From the NCBI RefSeq assembly GCF_009914755.1, contig NC_060929.1: a stretch of DNA of 64,000 nucleotides; one strand, written 5' to 3'. The notes beneath the pieces are model-generated. The model made no database searches, had not been told where the DNA came from, and saw only the letters and a list, made by a program, of their open reading frames with translations. Position numbers and translations under genes: made by a program. Of the stretch, positions 32,425-49,710 are shown piece by piece; the stretch's first letter is position 1, and every line of letters begins with the position of its first letter. This DNA comes from the human T2T-CHM13v2.0 reference genome, Homo sapiens.

Positions 32425-33013
32425 GTACCCAAGCTGAAGCACAGAAGGAAAAAAAGCTTGGAAAAAAAAAGTCAGGACTTTAGCAATTTGTGGGACATTA
32501 TTAATCAGTCTAAGAAATGTGTATTTGCATTCCCATAAAAAAGGAGGTAGAGAGATTGGAAAAGAAAATGTATTTGAAGACATAATGGCTGAAAAATTCC
32601 AAAGTTGATGAAAATGATATCACCCACAGATCCAAGAAGCCCAATAAATCCAGGAAAATCATGTGGAAAACTACACCTAGACACATCATAGTCAAACTGC
32701 TGAAAACAAAAGATGAGAAAAATCTTAAAATCATCAGGGAATAACACACAGGAGAACAATAGGAATTACATACAGGAGAACAGTAAGAATACTGCGGACT
32801 TCTCATCAGAGACGATACAAACCAAAACATAACTGAATGACATCTCTAAGGTGCTGAAAGGGAAAAATACTGTCAACTTAACAATTCTGTATCCAACCAC
32901 AAGTATCCTTAAAATGAAGATAAAATCCAAACATTTTCAGATAAAATAAATTGCTTAGAGAAAGTATCACTAGCACAGTTATACAATAAGAAATGTTAAA
33001 GGAAATTTTTCAG

Positions 33014-33310
33014 GGCCAGGTGCAGTGGCCCATGCCTGTAATCCCAGCACTTTGGGAGGCTGAGGCGAGCGGATCATGACGTCAGGAGTTTGAGACCAGC
33101 CTGACCAACATGGGGAAACCCTGTCTCTACTAAAAGTACAAAAATTAGCCAGGCTGGTGGTGCTCACCTGCAGTCCCACCTACTCAGGAGGCCGAGGCAG
33201 GAGAATCGCTTGAACCTAGGAGGCAGAGGTTGCAGTGAGTTGAGACTGTGCCGCTATACTCCAGCTTGGGTAACAGAGCGTGACTCTGTCTCAAAAAAAA
33301 AATAAATAAA
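33014..33310 (+). mobile_element. AluS
   Basis: Full dimer; TSD aaatttttcagg. Confidence 0.94.
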
Positions 33311-34499
33311 TTTTTCAGGCCAAAGGAAGATGATATCAGGTGGAAACTTAGATCTACGTGAGAAATTAAAAGAGCACCAGAAATAGAAAAAACTAAAAAT
33401 TTCTTCATTTCTTTAAAAGATAGTTGACTCTTTAGAGCAAACATAATAATGGTGTATTGTGGATGATTTTTTTTTTAAAAGCAGAACAGAAAACAAGAAA
33501 CAGGTAAGACAAATAGACAACAAATGGCAAATTGGTAGACTTAAATCCAGCTATATCAATAATTCAGTAAAAGTAAATGGACTAAACACTTTAATTAAAA
33601 AGTAGAAAAAAAGAACAAGACTCAAGTATATAGCCTGCCTGTAACAGGTTCACTTTAAATATAAATACATAGGTTACAAGTAAAAGGATAGGAAGGATAT
33701 ACCATACCAATACTAATCAAAAGAATATTGGAATGGCTGTCAGCATGGCATGCAGAGAGCTTTTACAATAATAGGGTGATTCATCAAAAAGACATGACCA
33801 TCCTAAATGTGTAGACACCTAGTAGCTGAGTTCAAATACCTGAATAAATGACTGGATCCAGTAGAGCAAGCTTTCCAGCTCTTTGCAGGGGAGAGGACAG
33901 ATGGAGCCATTTCCTCATTCCAGTCCTGATCTCCTTTGACTCGCTGACAAGGGCAGAAGTGGGCAGAAGCAAGCTAACCTCCATGGCCTCATTCTGTGCA
34001 TAGCATTGAGACCACGTGTGTCCTCCTTGTCCTCTGAGATGGCAGGCCCTGGGGCCTTCTGATAGGAGCCCCTACCAACAGCTCCCACAGGGTACCCCAC
34101 CCTAGCTTTTCTTGCCATGAAGAGAGCTTTCTGGAACCTGCCAAGCTCACGTGTGATGCCAGTCAGGACTTGGGGCCATGCTCGCTGAGATTGGCAGGGG
34201 CTGGGGTCCTGGAGTGGTGGATGGCATCATTGTCAGTCTCTGGGAACTCTGGGTGTCCTAGGACACAGGAGAAGGTGGCAGTGTCCGCCCTCAGGCTGGT
34301 TCCTGGCATTCAGATACTGACAGGAGCTGAGTCAGCACCAGGTGGGGCAGTGGGGAGGGGAATTTTTAAGCAATAATGAAAAGTTGCCTGGAAGAGGAGG
34401 AGAAGCTTCCTGGATAGGCTGTATCTGGTGGCAAAGAATTCCATCATTTACAGGCAGTCCCATTTGCACTGACATTCCATGTGAGAAATGATTTCTTTT

Positions 34500-34990
34500 C
34501 CTTTTTAAAAAATTGTGGTAAAATATACATAACATAAAATTAATCATCTTAACCATTTTCAACGGTAGAGTTTAGTGCATTAATTATATTGTTATTATGC
34601 CACCATCACCACCATCCATCTCCAGAACTCTTTTCATCTTCCTACACCCACTAAACAATTCCCCATTCCACCCTGCCCCCAGCCCCTGGAAACTACTATT
34701 CTGTCTCTGGCTCTATGAGTTTGACTACTCTAGATACCTCATATAAATGAAATCCCATAGTATTTGTCCTTTGTGACAGGTGGTTTCACTTAGCATTATG
34801 TGAAATAATACATAAGACTCATCCATGTTGTAGACTGTGTCAAAATTTCCTTCCTTTTTAAGGGTAAATCATATTCCCTTGTATGTTGATATCACATTTT
34901 GCTTTTCTGTTCCTCTGTCGGTGGACATTTGGGTTGCTTTCACCTTTTGGCTATTTGTGAATAATGCTGCTAGGAATGTGAGTGGACAGT
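34500..34990 (-). mobile_element. L1MB-like 3' end
   Basis: attgtggtaaaatatacataacataaaattaatcatcttaacc...ccatccatctccagaactcttttcatc...ggacatttgggttgctttcacc. Confidence 0.88.
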
Positions 34991-35043
34991 AATGATTTTT
35001 TGTTTTGTTTTGTTTTAAGGTAATAAGGCGTAAATGGGGATAG

Positions 35044-35376
<333 letters not shown>

Positions 35377-35394
35377 CCCGACTTGATAGTGTTA

Positions 35395-35697
<303 letters not shown>

Positions 35698-37322
35698 CGG
35701 ACCGGATAGTCTTATTTCGCATTTGTAGAAACCTAGAACAAAAATAAGCATGTGGAAAGTTTATTCTGCAAATCTGCATTTTTGAAGGGACAGAGCTGCT
35801 GAGAGCCTTTGGTGGTTGAGGTCTCTTGACTCATTCCCACCCTTCTATGCACTGGCCATATGCAGGCCAGTGTCTGAGTTAAGGTGTCATTTCTTGCTTT
35901 GGTTATTGCAACAGTCAGCTAACGGTAACCAGGCTCCAAGATCATTTTCCAGCAATCTCTTGTTGCAACTACTTTTGGAATTTTCTTCCACAGGGCTTTC
36001 CAGAGCAAATTACTCTCCTTCTCAGAAATTGCTCATGGTTCTCCAGTGCTCATAGAAAACCCCAAAATATCTTAGCATGACTCAGGGCCCCCATTGGTCT
36101 TCCCAGTCTTCTCCCCCTCTCCTTTCCCTCATTCTTTCATTTACCTCTTGGTTCATTTGTTCATCCTGTGATATGTATTTTGTATTGGTTTCTGACATGT
36201 ATGTCTCATGCTGACTCGCTCGGATAGTGTGCTCTAGGGCCCAGGACCTAAGAGCAGGAATGTTTATGATGGAAAGGATCTTACTTTTTGGGGCCTCCTT
36301 AGCTCTTCGTTGAAACCTTGTAAGGTACATTGTTTCATGCCCAATTGGCAAGTTGGAAGATTGAGCTTCTACAGTTTAGAGAAATGGGTTTGCAATTATG
36401 GTCCTTGGATCAAATTTAGAACCAGCACCGGGGTGTTCCTCTGAGTGAGATTGTGGCTTTTTGAGACACTAGGAAGCTGGAGGTAGCAAGAGTAAATGCC
36501 CAGGGGCTCTGGATCTGCTTTGTCTCTGCAGTAAGGTGAGACCTTGCTAGGGCTGTTTGATTGAAGAATGATGAAAGGCCAGTGCTTGTAGATATTCCCT
36601 TAACAAAAGCCTGAGTGTGGTATAGCATTAAGTTGGCTGCTGTCTCCACTCTGGAAGGATATCAAATGAGAATATAAGCTCGTGTTGGCAGGAATATGCT
36701 CCCCACTTTATAGGGAACCCAGGAGTGAGGGGAAAGCCTTACCAAAATTTGTTGCATTCATGCTGATAAATTCTGAACACTCAGCTGGGTGGGTCAAGAA
36801 GTTAGAGCATGTGGGTGGATGTGGACTTCTCTCATAAATGTGCAACCCATTGAAACGCTGCTGCTCAAAACAGAGTGGGACCAGAAATACCTGCAGAGTT
36901 GAGTAACTTGCTTAAGGTCTCCCAGCTAACAGAAAGCAGAGCTGAGCCTTTCACAATTTAGGAGTCCAAGTTCAGCGCTGCTTCTAACACATCTGCCTCT
37001 TGGATGGCTTTGGCATAAGTTGCAGCCTTGGGAGCATTAACTAGTCTCAGTGATCTCACCCACAAAGTGTGCATAATAACATCTGCCTCACTGGGCCGTC
37101 ATAGAGACCAGCGAGCTAATCAGGTAAAGAAGTCAGCAGGGGCTAGAACAGAATGGGTTATGAATGATGCTGTTTCCTGGTGCACCCTTTCTTCACTTGC
37201 TGGTGAACAACAAGTTCTTGGGACTTGCTCTCCATGGTCAAGATTCTTGGTTGATCTTGACCAATAGGGGTATATAGTGGTGGAGGCACGATCTCTAGAG
37301 GGTGAAGAGTCTGATTGGATAG

Positions 37323-37694
<372 letters not shown>

Positions 37695-38269
37695 TGTGGG
37701 GAGTTTTTTCACTTCCCTTTCCCCAAAAGTACTTGCATGACCTCGGTGTCTGGTGCCCCTGCTTGCAAAAGCATCTGTTATTCCCTCAGTCAGCACAGCT
37801 GGCATCCACCTGTCTGGGCTCCACCCCTCATCCACCTGCAGTAAAGCAGAAAAGCCTCATTGAAAGAATCAGCTTTTTCTGGCACGAACAGGTGGATGTC
37901 GTTGCTCTTTCTGTCCTGATAAGTTGGTCTTGCCCCATGGCTCCCCCTCTGTAGGGTACTTGGTTTCTTCCTTCCCTCTTGGTGATATCTCAGTCAGGAA
38001 GAAAGTCCTATCGGAGAGCTTCCAGGAGACCACTTGATTGCACTGCTGACTGATAACACAATTTACCCTGAGCAGGGACCTGTAGTTTTGTATGATTCTT
38101 AGGATTTAACATACACTGCCCTCAAGGCCCAAGGGACAAACAGAAAGCCTGGTTATGCTGAGCCCAAGTGGGATATCATCTAGAAGGCTTTGAGGTTTTC
38201 TTTTCCAACGTGAGCTTATTTTCTTATTTTATATATTTAAAAGGGTTCTCTTTTTCTCGTGAGGCAGAA

Positions 38270-38605
38270 CTTCAAAGGAAGCATTCCAGACCACACTTCC
38301 TTTTGGTAAATCTTAACCAGTGTAAATGTTTACTTTTGTGTTGTAAATCCTAGGAGGTGAGGGGAGAAGGAATGTCCGAAGCAAGTGTCCTGCCAGCAAA
38401 AGTTGAAACTTAATCTGCTGTTTTAGGCGTTTGGGAGGAAGGGGAGTGTTTATAATTAACAAGCCATGCTAATGAACCTGGAGTTAGAACCTTTTTGCCA
38501 GGTTCTGCAAATTTCTGGACCCACTGGAATGAGAGAGAGTTAGGAAAGCCTGCTTTGCTTCTTCTGCTGCCAGGGAGGTCAGTGCATGAAAATGGAAGGA
38601 ATGAG
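38270..38605. promoter_or_regulatory. Candidate intronic enhancer (4 TEAD M-CAT, TCF/LEF, FOX and HNF1-like motifs)
   Basis: CATTCC 38282; GGAATG 38369, 38526, 38598; TTCAAAG 38271; TGTTTAC 38327; GTTTATAATTAAC 38448-38460. Motif-based only. Confidence 0.45.
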
Positions 38606-38668
38606 CAAAACAATAATTCAAAGGGTAGAAAGATAAAGGGGAAAGTGAAATGATAGAAAGCAATATTA

Positions 38669-39224
<556 letters not shown>

Positions 39225-40723
39225 CTACTCATGAGTTGTGTAACTTAGGCAAAGGCATTCACCTTTTCTGAGACTCAGTTTTCTTCTTATCAATAAAATG
39301 GAGCTAACAATAGGCACCTTCAGAATTATGATGATTAATTGGCTCGTGTTTTCTCAACACTGTCAATTGTTCTTGAGGTCACTATTGTTACCCCTACTTC
39401 TATGCACCCACCATGTATGCATGGAATGTGCTAGAAGGGGAAGAGGTAGTGGGAGGTGATCCTGGGGCAAATACAGCTAAGACCTCCCCCCATCCTACAT
39501 GCACTCATTCTTCTCTTTCCTCTGTTAGTCTGGAAGGGGTTGGGGCTGTTGGAAGAAAAGGAACATAAAGCAGAGAGAAGGATGCAGTGAGGGTGTCTGG
39601 GACTGTTGGCAGGCAGCAGTCGGGTTTGGGGGCTACAGGGCTCTGCAATTGAGGAAGCCAGAGGTGGATGAAGAGTTGGCCACACCTCTCCCCTAAAGCT
39701 GCAGAATCTTCTGACTATAAAAAGAGCTGGTGCATTCAGAATCCTCTACAACCAGTCCTTCCCCTGACCTTCCCAGAAGCTTCGAACCCTCAGTGCTGAG
39801 CTGCCAAGACGAGCTGGGTGACTAACATAGCCATTCTCCAGTTTGGGGATGTCAGAATGTCCACCCCTTCCCCACTTCTCGAGGGGGTCATGCTTCAGAA
39901 CTGCAGCCCTGCCACTTCCTCACTTCAGCCTTGTATGTAAGAGTAGCAAGCCCAGCAAACAGCCCAAATCTCTCTCCCTGGGGGCTGTGTGGATACATTT
40001 TGGGGCACCCATGCAATGGAGTACCTTGTGGACACTGACAAGTCTAAGGTAGAGCTACAGGTGCTCATAGGGAAAGGAGTCCAAGATACATGATGGAGCA
40101 TTCAGCAAGATTCAAAACAGTAGTTTATATGTTTAAAGAATGGAGTTAAAAGTATACACTCCCATCAACTAGAGTTTTACAGATGGGCTTCAAGGAATTA
40201 TCTGTTCCATAGAAATGTTTGGCCCACATGGTTTTGAAATAGCTGCTTCTCCAGGACCACCCTTTGAAAGCTTGTGTTCACTGCAGTCCACCCTTCCCAC
40301 TTCACTGGGTTACCTGCCTGGGTCATGCTGGAATTTGAGTTTGCAACCCCAAGACAACTGAGAGTGAGTTAAGGGAAATTGTGTATGTCCTACAGTGTGA
40401 TTGATCAGTTTTAAGATGAACTTGTTTGTTTTGCACGTTAATATCTTCGAATGTGAGGTACTCTTATCAATGCTGTTGGCCATTGCTATCGTTGCTTGCA
40501 CCATGCACAAATAATGTCGTTTCTGTTAAGGTAACGTGATAGCTGTGGCCCCTCTGTGTTTTCATTGAAAACCGTGGAAAAACCATTTGCAAACAGGTCT
40601 TTGTTCTTATTGAAAAACTTTCTTTGACATCTTCTGGTGAAGTCAAGAAAGTGCTAGAATCAAAATTCAAAGTAATTGTCAGCGGCTTGGAAGAGAATCA
40701 CGGAATTCTCTTTCAAGAAATGC

Positions 40724-41030
40724 TGCTGGGCACGGTGGCTCATGCCTGTAATCCCAGCACTTTGGGAGGCCAAGGCGGGTGGATCACTTGAGGCCAGAAG
40801 TTTGAGACCAGCCTGGCCAACATGAGGGAACCCCATCTCTACTAAACATACAAAAATTAGCCGGGCGTGGTGGTACGTGCCTATAATCCCAGTTACTTAG
40901 GAGGCTAAGGCAGGAGAATCACTTGAACCCAGGAGGTGGAGGTTGCAGAGAGCTGAGATCATGCCACTGTACTCCAGCCCAGGTGACAGAGTGAGATTCT
41001 GTCTCAAAAAAAAAAAAAAGATAAAAAATA
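40724..41030 (+). mobile_element. AluS
   Basis: Full dimer with A-tail. Confidence 0.95.
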
Positions 41031-41547
41031 AATGCCTTAACATTCAGTAGCACAAAAGAATGACACTGTGAATGAGAAACACACAGGTGCTGATGACTCA
41101 GAGCTGAGAAGGGGCTCAATCTTATACCATAGTTCATTCATTTCATTTAACTTCCTTGTCATACATGGAAAAGAGAGTCATATAATAAAGGCCATATCTA
41201 AAAAAAGTCTGAGCTTTTTCAGTACATATAAATATTCTAAGGTAAGGAAAGCTTTGGGTCATAACTTATTGGTAGTGTTTTCCTTTTCTGGTTGCATCTA
41301 ATAATTCTGTTTATAAGTGATACTTTCTTAGTAATGAAGTAGAATATGTGTATGTATTTGATCAGCATGTATATGTGTTTTTGTGTGCACATGCATGTGT
41401 GCTGGGTTAGTGTACCTGCTGATATGTCTGTGAAAACATTTCTGGAAGGGCACACTGGAAATATTAACTTCCCTGTAACTTAAGGGTTTGCATAGTAGGT
41501 GAGGAGGGAAAAGTTTCTTGTTACTTGTATTTGTGGGTTACTTCTGT

Positions 41548-41868
41548 ATGTTTTTGGTTTTTTCTTTTTCTTTTTCTTTTTTTTTTGTGACAGGGTCTCA
41601 CTCTGCCGCCCAGGCTGGAGTGCAGTGGCACAATCTCAGCTCACTGTAACCTCTGCTTCCCAGACTCAAGCCATCCTCCTGTCTCAGTCCCCCAAGTGGC
41701 TGGGACTGAAGGCATGAGCCACCACACCAGGATAATTTTTGTATTTTTTGTAGAGACAGGGTTTCACCCTGTTGGCCATGGTGGTCTCAAACTCCTGGGC
41801 TCAAGCAATCTACCCTCCTCAGCCTCCCAAAGTACTGGGATTACAGGCATGAGCCACTGTGCCTGGCC
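41548..41868 (-). mobile_element. AluJ
   Basis: Reverse dimer with ctcctgggctcaagc. Confidence 0.93.
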
Positions 41869-42791
41869 ATTTTTCACTTTTATTAAAAATGGTGGGGGAA
41901 CCCTTCAAGTCTCAAGCCCCACCTCAGACCTCCTGACTTCAGCATCTCTGGGGATGGCACCCCCGGTGCCAGGCAGCCAGATTTGGTTCTCTGTCTAACC
42001 AGGCTGAAAGCCAACTGGCATCTGTAGGGGACCAAGGACTCCATGAAGCTCACAGGGGTTTCAAAGAAACTACGAATTCACTAACCAATTGACTATCTCC
42101 TTGCCCGCCTCTTTCCCTTTCTCCTCTCCTTCCTCAAGTATTTTTTGAGTACCTCCCCTATGTATAATGTCAAGCATGCATCTGCAGACCTTCTTTTCCC
42201 TTCGGGAGCTGGGAGTGGATGATGCCTATTTTGCACCCTTGAGATTCATGGAAAATGTGCATCTTTATAATCCTTGACCGTCTCTTCATACCTTTATGCC
42301 TGAGAATGCACCCTTGGTGCTGTGAGCCCTTTGTGGAGAATGTGACTTCTTCTCCCAGACAAGATCTCATTGTGAGGCCAGGTCTAGGTTTAGAGGTTCA
42401 TAATGATGGGCAGCACCTCTGTGACTTTTGCAACCTGTAGAGGCTGCTCTGAAGTGCTATCTGTCCAGAAACACTGAGCTCTGCACTGGTGTGGCTGCGG
42501 AACTGTCCTGAAGGAGAGAGTGCAGGAGAGGGACATTTGGAAGGAGCACATCCCCCCGCCCAGGCTTTACCTGCACAGCTTCCCTATTTATCAGCCCAGG
42601 TTCATTATGCTAAGGACTTAGGAATTGCTATCCCTTCTATGCTGAGGACTCAGAAATTGCTATCCCTTACCAGCCCCCTCCCACTCCTTCAAGATGAACT
42701 CATTACAAGATTCTTACAGAACTATAGCCTGATCATCCCCTTGCATAAAACACTTTATGTTCTGTCATGGCTCTTAAAGTCTACTCTCCCT

Positions 42792-43111
42792 GGCCTGGCA
42801 AGGGGGCTCATGCCTATAATCACAACACTTTGTGAAGCCAAGACGGGGAAGGATCCCTTGAGCCCAGGAGGTGGAGACCAGCCTGGGCAGCTTAGCAAGA
42901 CCTCATCCCTACTGAAAAAAAAAAAAAAAAAAAAAAAAGCCATGTATAGTGGTATACAACTGTGGCCCCAGCTACTGGTGAGGCTGAGGAGGGAGGACCA
43001 TTTAAGCCCAGGAGTTCAGGCTTGCAGTGAGCTATGATGATACCCCTGCACTCCAGCCTAGGTGACAGAGCAAGATCCTGTCTCAAAACAACAACAACAA
43101 CAACAACAAAA
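42792..43111 (+). mobile_element. AluJ with expanded mid A-tract and (AAC)n tail
   Basis: Diverged dimer; A24 linker; TSD-like tctccct on both sides. Confidence 0.9.
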
Positions 43112-44199
43112 AACTCTTCTCTCCCTAACGTGGCTCACAGGACACTCAACAACACAGGACTGACCCTGATTTTGCCTCTCCGGCCCCATCCTGTTTCTCT
43201 GCCCCACCCCCACTGCACTCTGGCAACAGGTCTCGAGAGACATTGCAACCTTGTGCATTATAGAGACTTGCAAATGCTGGCCTCTCTAACCGGAGTTATC
43301 TTTCCTGCTCTCTTCACCTACTTACACCTACTCATCCTTCAGCCCTGAGTTTAATCACACTCACTTGGGAAGCCTTCTATAACTGTGAGGAGTAAGATCA
43401 GACCCTCCCCCCTCCACCCCCATTTACAGTCTCATGCTCCTGTGTGCTGCTGCTTTGTAGAATTGCCCAAATTATTTCTGTGTCTGCCTTCTCTACTGCA
43501 CTGCAAGCTCCTTAAGGACAGGGGACTCTGGCTGTTTACCACAAAACTGTATCCTCAGTGCCTGGCTCTAGTGAGTTCTGAACATATATTTTGGGCAACT
43601 GAATGAATCAATGACTCTCCTGCTAAGCAGCAATGCTTCTCCCAAGAACAAGGGTTAGGCCCAGCTTCCAGCAGGGAGGCAGCTGAGGATGTGACTGAGC
43701 GCCTGAGCGCCTGGAGCCCAGCTGAAGAAGCTGATTGGTGGGATGGAATGCTACCGGTCCCTCTGGTATCCTGGATACGGAGAGGGTGGGAATGTAAACT
43801 GGGCCCAGAGGCTGAATTCTTGAAATTTCACTGCAGCCTAGGAGGAGCCTGCAGGGAAGTGAACCTGACCTTGAAGTTCTAGCCTTGATTTTTTTCCCCT
43901 CTAAAAAAAAAATAAGATAAAAGGTGCAATCATGCAACACATTCTTTCTGAGGGAGCTGTGAGGTGAGGGCTTTCTAAGTCCCTCAAAAGTCACTTCTAA
44001 GTCACTTCTAAGTCCACTCATCACCCAGGCCTACTTTTTGCTGGTGCAGGTGCATCTTCCAAGGTTTCTCGGCATTGCACACCCTAGAGGAGTTGAAGTT
44101 CCTGGTGGGTACTTCTTGGGTGCTAGCAGAGACATCCCAGCAGCAGTTCTCCTAATGAGGTGTCACAGAAGATAATATCAAGTGTTTATTGAACATCTA

Positions 44200-44332
44200 G
44201 GCCAGCCATGGCGGCTCACACCTGTAATCCTAGCTCTTAGGGAGGCAGAGACTGGAGGATAGCTTGAGCCCAGGAGTTTGAGACCTGCTTGGGCAATATA
44301 GCGAGACTCCGTTCTCTTAAAAAGAAAGAAAG
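44200..44332 (+). mobile_element. FLAM (free left Alu monomer)
   Basis: Single monomer with an A-rich tail; TSD gaacatctag. Confidence 0.88.
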
Positions 44333-45148
44333 AACATCTAGAATTTCCTGGGCAATGTACTAAGCACTTTGTGTATCTCATTTGAGCTGGACCTCCCAGT
44401 ACACCTGTACTTGAAGAATTATTATGCTAATTAAACAGAAGAGGAATTAGGACTAAAGGAACTGAACTGATCTGCCTATAGTCACACAGCTAGAGGTGGA
44501 AGTGCTGGGATAGAATGGAGATCCATCTATCTAGTGGCTCCCAAGCCTCTGTTCTGAGCACTGTGTCACCTCCAAGTAGGCCTAGCAGCCAGCACTTGAC
44601 TATTTCCAGTCTTCTTAGCATGTTCCATTCATTTGCTAATTTAATTGTTTATAAAACTTGATGAGGAAGATATGATTACTTTCATTTCTGAAATTACTAA
44701 ACTGAGGCTTAGAGAAATTAATTAGCAGAACCAGGATACAGACACAGCTCCCTCTACCCAGAAAGCCCTTGCTTTCCTCCCCCTAAGGGGAGAGGGGAGT
44801 CTGTGTCACTTAGAGCAAATCGCTTGTCCTCTCTGGTCCTCGTTTCCTCATCTATAAAAGCAGGACATTGGACGTTGTCAGAGGTTTTCAAATGTTGTTT
44901 TAGCAATGGAACCATTTCTTGAAATGGAATCTTCTCATTGAACCCTGGTATGCAAACCCCTCCCTTAACCGCCCACTTACTGCTGCCCTCAGCCCACCTG
45001 GATATGTGGGCCCCACAAAACCCAATTTGAGAAACTCAGCTGTAGGTGATTTCCAAAGGCCTTTCCAGTTTGATCAGCCATCTTTGCTTCTGTAATTTTG
45101 GGTCCAGCAGAAGAGCCAAGGCACGTTCTCCTTTTTAAAAACAATACC

Positions 45149-45635
<487 letters not shown>

Positions 45636-46234
45636 TTAATACAGGACAGTTAGAGTTAAACGGAATTGGTTGGAATCACTGCACCTGTGGTCTATAGTGT
45701 GTGACTGTAGCAAGATGCCTACCCTGTCTGTGCTTTAGTTCCTATTGCATGTGGAGAAAGTGGTGACGCCGACTTCAGATCCTGCTTTTAAGCTAGATGG
45801 TGTATGTGCTCAACATATGTGAGCTGATATTACGAATCTTGATTGCAAAGCATCAGCTGTTTTTAATGTACCATGACCGCAGTGAGAAACTGGCACTGAG
45901 CTAAACAACCTTCACCTAGGTATAAAGATCCAAGTGACATCCTAAGAAAAAGGAACCTCACCCTGTGCTCCTCATACCAGCGGCCCAGCCATCTACACCA
46001 ACTGATGCTGGCAGAATCGTTGGGGTCCTGCAATCATTGGGGACCTGGTTTTGTAACTCTCTCCCCACTCCCACTGGTACACGTAGTGGGGAGCAGCCTG
46101 TCTTGGCATCCATATACCCCACTCTCCAACTGTGTGGTACTTTTGGATGAATTCTTTTTTTTCCTTACTTCAGGCGTATTCATCTTTCAAAAGCTCCATC
46201 GGTGTAACTAGGGAAGGTTTTGACATCTCCTCTC

Positions 46235-46410
46235 TTTCCTACACCCCTCCCCCCAGAAACAGCTGGCAATGTCAAGACATTTCTGGTGGTCACAACTGGG
46301 AGGGTGCCTCTAAATGGCTAGGGGCCAGGGATAGTGCTGGACATCCTGCAGTGCACAGGACAGCCCCCGCCACAAAGAATCATCCTGCCCAAAATGTCAA
46401 CAGGTCTCAC
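46235..46410. mobile_element. MER20 DNA transposon
   Basis: ggcaatgtcaagacatttctggtggtcacaactggg...gccagggat...catcctgcagtgcacaggacagccccc...cccaaaatgtcaa. Confidence 0.82.
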
Positions 46411-46890
46411 AGTGAAGATCAAGGCCAGGAGGCCCTGAAAGATATGTTAAGCATCCATCAGGCAGGCCTGGTGATGAACAAGAGAAACACTGTTTCTGTT
46501 TTCATGGATCTTATAGTCTAGTGTTTGTGCTACAGACGGTAAGGGAGGCGGAAATTCAATGACCAAAGAAAGAAAGAAATGCATCATTGCCAATTGTTGT
46601 AAGTTCCATGAAGGAAATAAAATGGTGCCATGGTGGAGAATAAATGAGGGGACCTCACTAGGATGACTCAGTCACACAAGAGGGTGACAGTTAAACTGGG
46701 GTCTGCAAACCCAGGAGCTAGCCATGCAGGAAGAGGATGGCATTCCTGGCATGGGTCACAGTGTGCTAGGGATGAGGAGAGAAAGAAGGGCGGGTGCTGG
46801 AGCAGAGTGAGCCTTGGAGAAGACGCCAGGACCTGGAGGAGGCTGGAGGGCTGGGCAAGAGTGTGCAGTTTGTTCTAAATGCAGTGGGAA

Positions 46891-47205
46891 GGCCAGGCGC
46901 AGGGGCTCATGCCTGTAATCCCAGCACTTTGGGAGGCCAAGGTGGGCAGATCACCTGAGGTCAGGAGTTCGAGACCGGTCTGGCCAACGTGGCAAAACCC
47001 CATCTCTACTAAAAATACAAAAATTAGCCGGGCGTGGTGGCACGCACCTGTAATCCCAGCTACTCAGGAACCTGAGGCAGGAGAATCACTGGAAGCAGGG
47101 AGGCGGAGGTTGTGGTGAGCCGAGATCGCGCCACTGCACTCCAGCTTGGGCAACAGAGTGAGACTTTGCCTCAAAAAAAAAAAACTAAATAAATAAATAA
47201 GTAAA
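46891..47205 (+). mobile_element. AluSx-like
   Basis: TSD taaatgcagtggga / taaatgcaatggga. Confidence 0.95.
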
Positions 47206-47264
47206 TATAAATGCAATGGGAGGCCAGTGGAAAGCCTTTAACTTAGAAGTGACAGGATAGAGTT

Positions 47265-47568
<304 letters not shown>

Positions 47569-47604
47569 TGAGAGTATGAATCAGAAGGGATTTTTCCTGC
47601 AAGT

Positions 47605-47990
47605 TGAACACTGCATGTTCTCACTCATGTGGAAGGTACAAAAAGTTGATCTCATAGAAGTAAAAAGTAGAACAGGGGATTCTAAAAGCTGCAAAGGGAG
47701 AGTTAGGGAGAGATTTGTTAAAGGATACAAAATTACAGCTAGACAGGAGGAATACATTCTAGTGTTCTATAGCACTAAAAAACTATAGTTAACCATATTA
47801 ATATAGTTTCAAATAGCTAGGAGGAGGATATTGAATGTTCCCAACACAAATAAATGAGAAATGTTTGAGATAATGGGTATGCTAATTACCCTGATCTGAT
47901 CACTATACATTGTATGTATCAAAACATCACTGTGTATTCTAAAAATATGTACAATTATGTGCTAATTTTTAAAAATTGAAAAAGAAAATG
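47605..47990 (+). mobile_element. L1MA-like 3' end
   Basis: ctgcatgttctcactcatgtgg...aaaagttgatctcatagaagta...atgctaattaccctgatctgatcact...aatatgtacaattatgt. Confidence 0.88.
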
Positions 47991-48626
47991 ATGAGGTGCT
48001 GAGAAACGGTCTGGCTATTGTTTAGGGACTGAAGGCCCCAGGGAAGCTGTTGGCCCCTCAGCAGGGGTAAGGACAAATGGGATGACATGACAAGGAGCTT
48101 TTCCAGCTGGGCTCCTGGTAGAAATAAGACTCTAAGAGCAGAGGGATGAGGGTGGGGTTCTGGGACCTGGGGAGGGAGGGAGCTCTTCCTTCCCCCTAGC
48201 TAGTTGCCTTGGGGGAAAGAATGCCAGTGGAGGCGCTGTTGGGGCTGTGAAGGGTGCAGTCATTTGATGTTAAGGAGAATGTCGTGTTTGTTTTTGCCAG
48301 GTGGTTCTGACTTCAAATCAAGGGATCTCTGGGTTTAGGGAACATTGTTGTATATGTGGTGGCTCGGGCAAGGGTGGCTTTCCCTGGTTCTGCCGTTTAC
48401 TAGCCCTGTCACCTTGGGTGAGTTACTTACCCTCTGTAAGCCTCAGTTTCTTCATCTGTAAAGTGGGAAAAATACAGTACTTCCTTCCCTGGGCTGTGAG
48501 GTTGAAATAAGGTACTGTTTGTAACTTAGCAGACTATCCAGCACATAGTCAAGGTGTAATGAGTATTCAGTTACTTACGTAGTCTAGGTAACAAACACTT
48601 GACAGATAATAGCACATTTAAGTTAA

Positions 48627-49710
<1,084 letters not shown>

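Larger units (their letters stand above)
31700..33850 (+). mobile_element. Degraded L1M fragment spanning ORF1 to the start of ORF2, interrupted by two Alus and flanked by MaLR-like sequence
   Basis: ORF1-type motifs (ataatggctgaaaaattccaaag, acacctagacacatcatagtcaaactgctgaaaac) and the endonuclease start (aaatggactaaacactttaattaaaa, aagtaaaaggataggaaggatataccat). Confidence 0.82.

Noticed and set aside
43989-44013. Short 11-bp tandem duplication (agtcacttcta)x2; a similar 24-bp doublet lies at ~32745-32790
   Set aside because: Ordinary slippage duplications with no sign of function.
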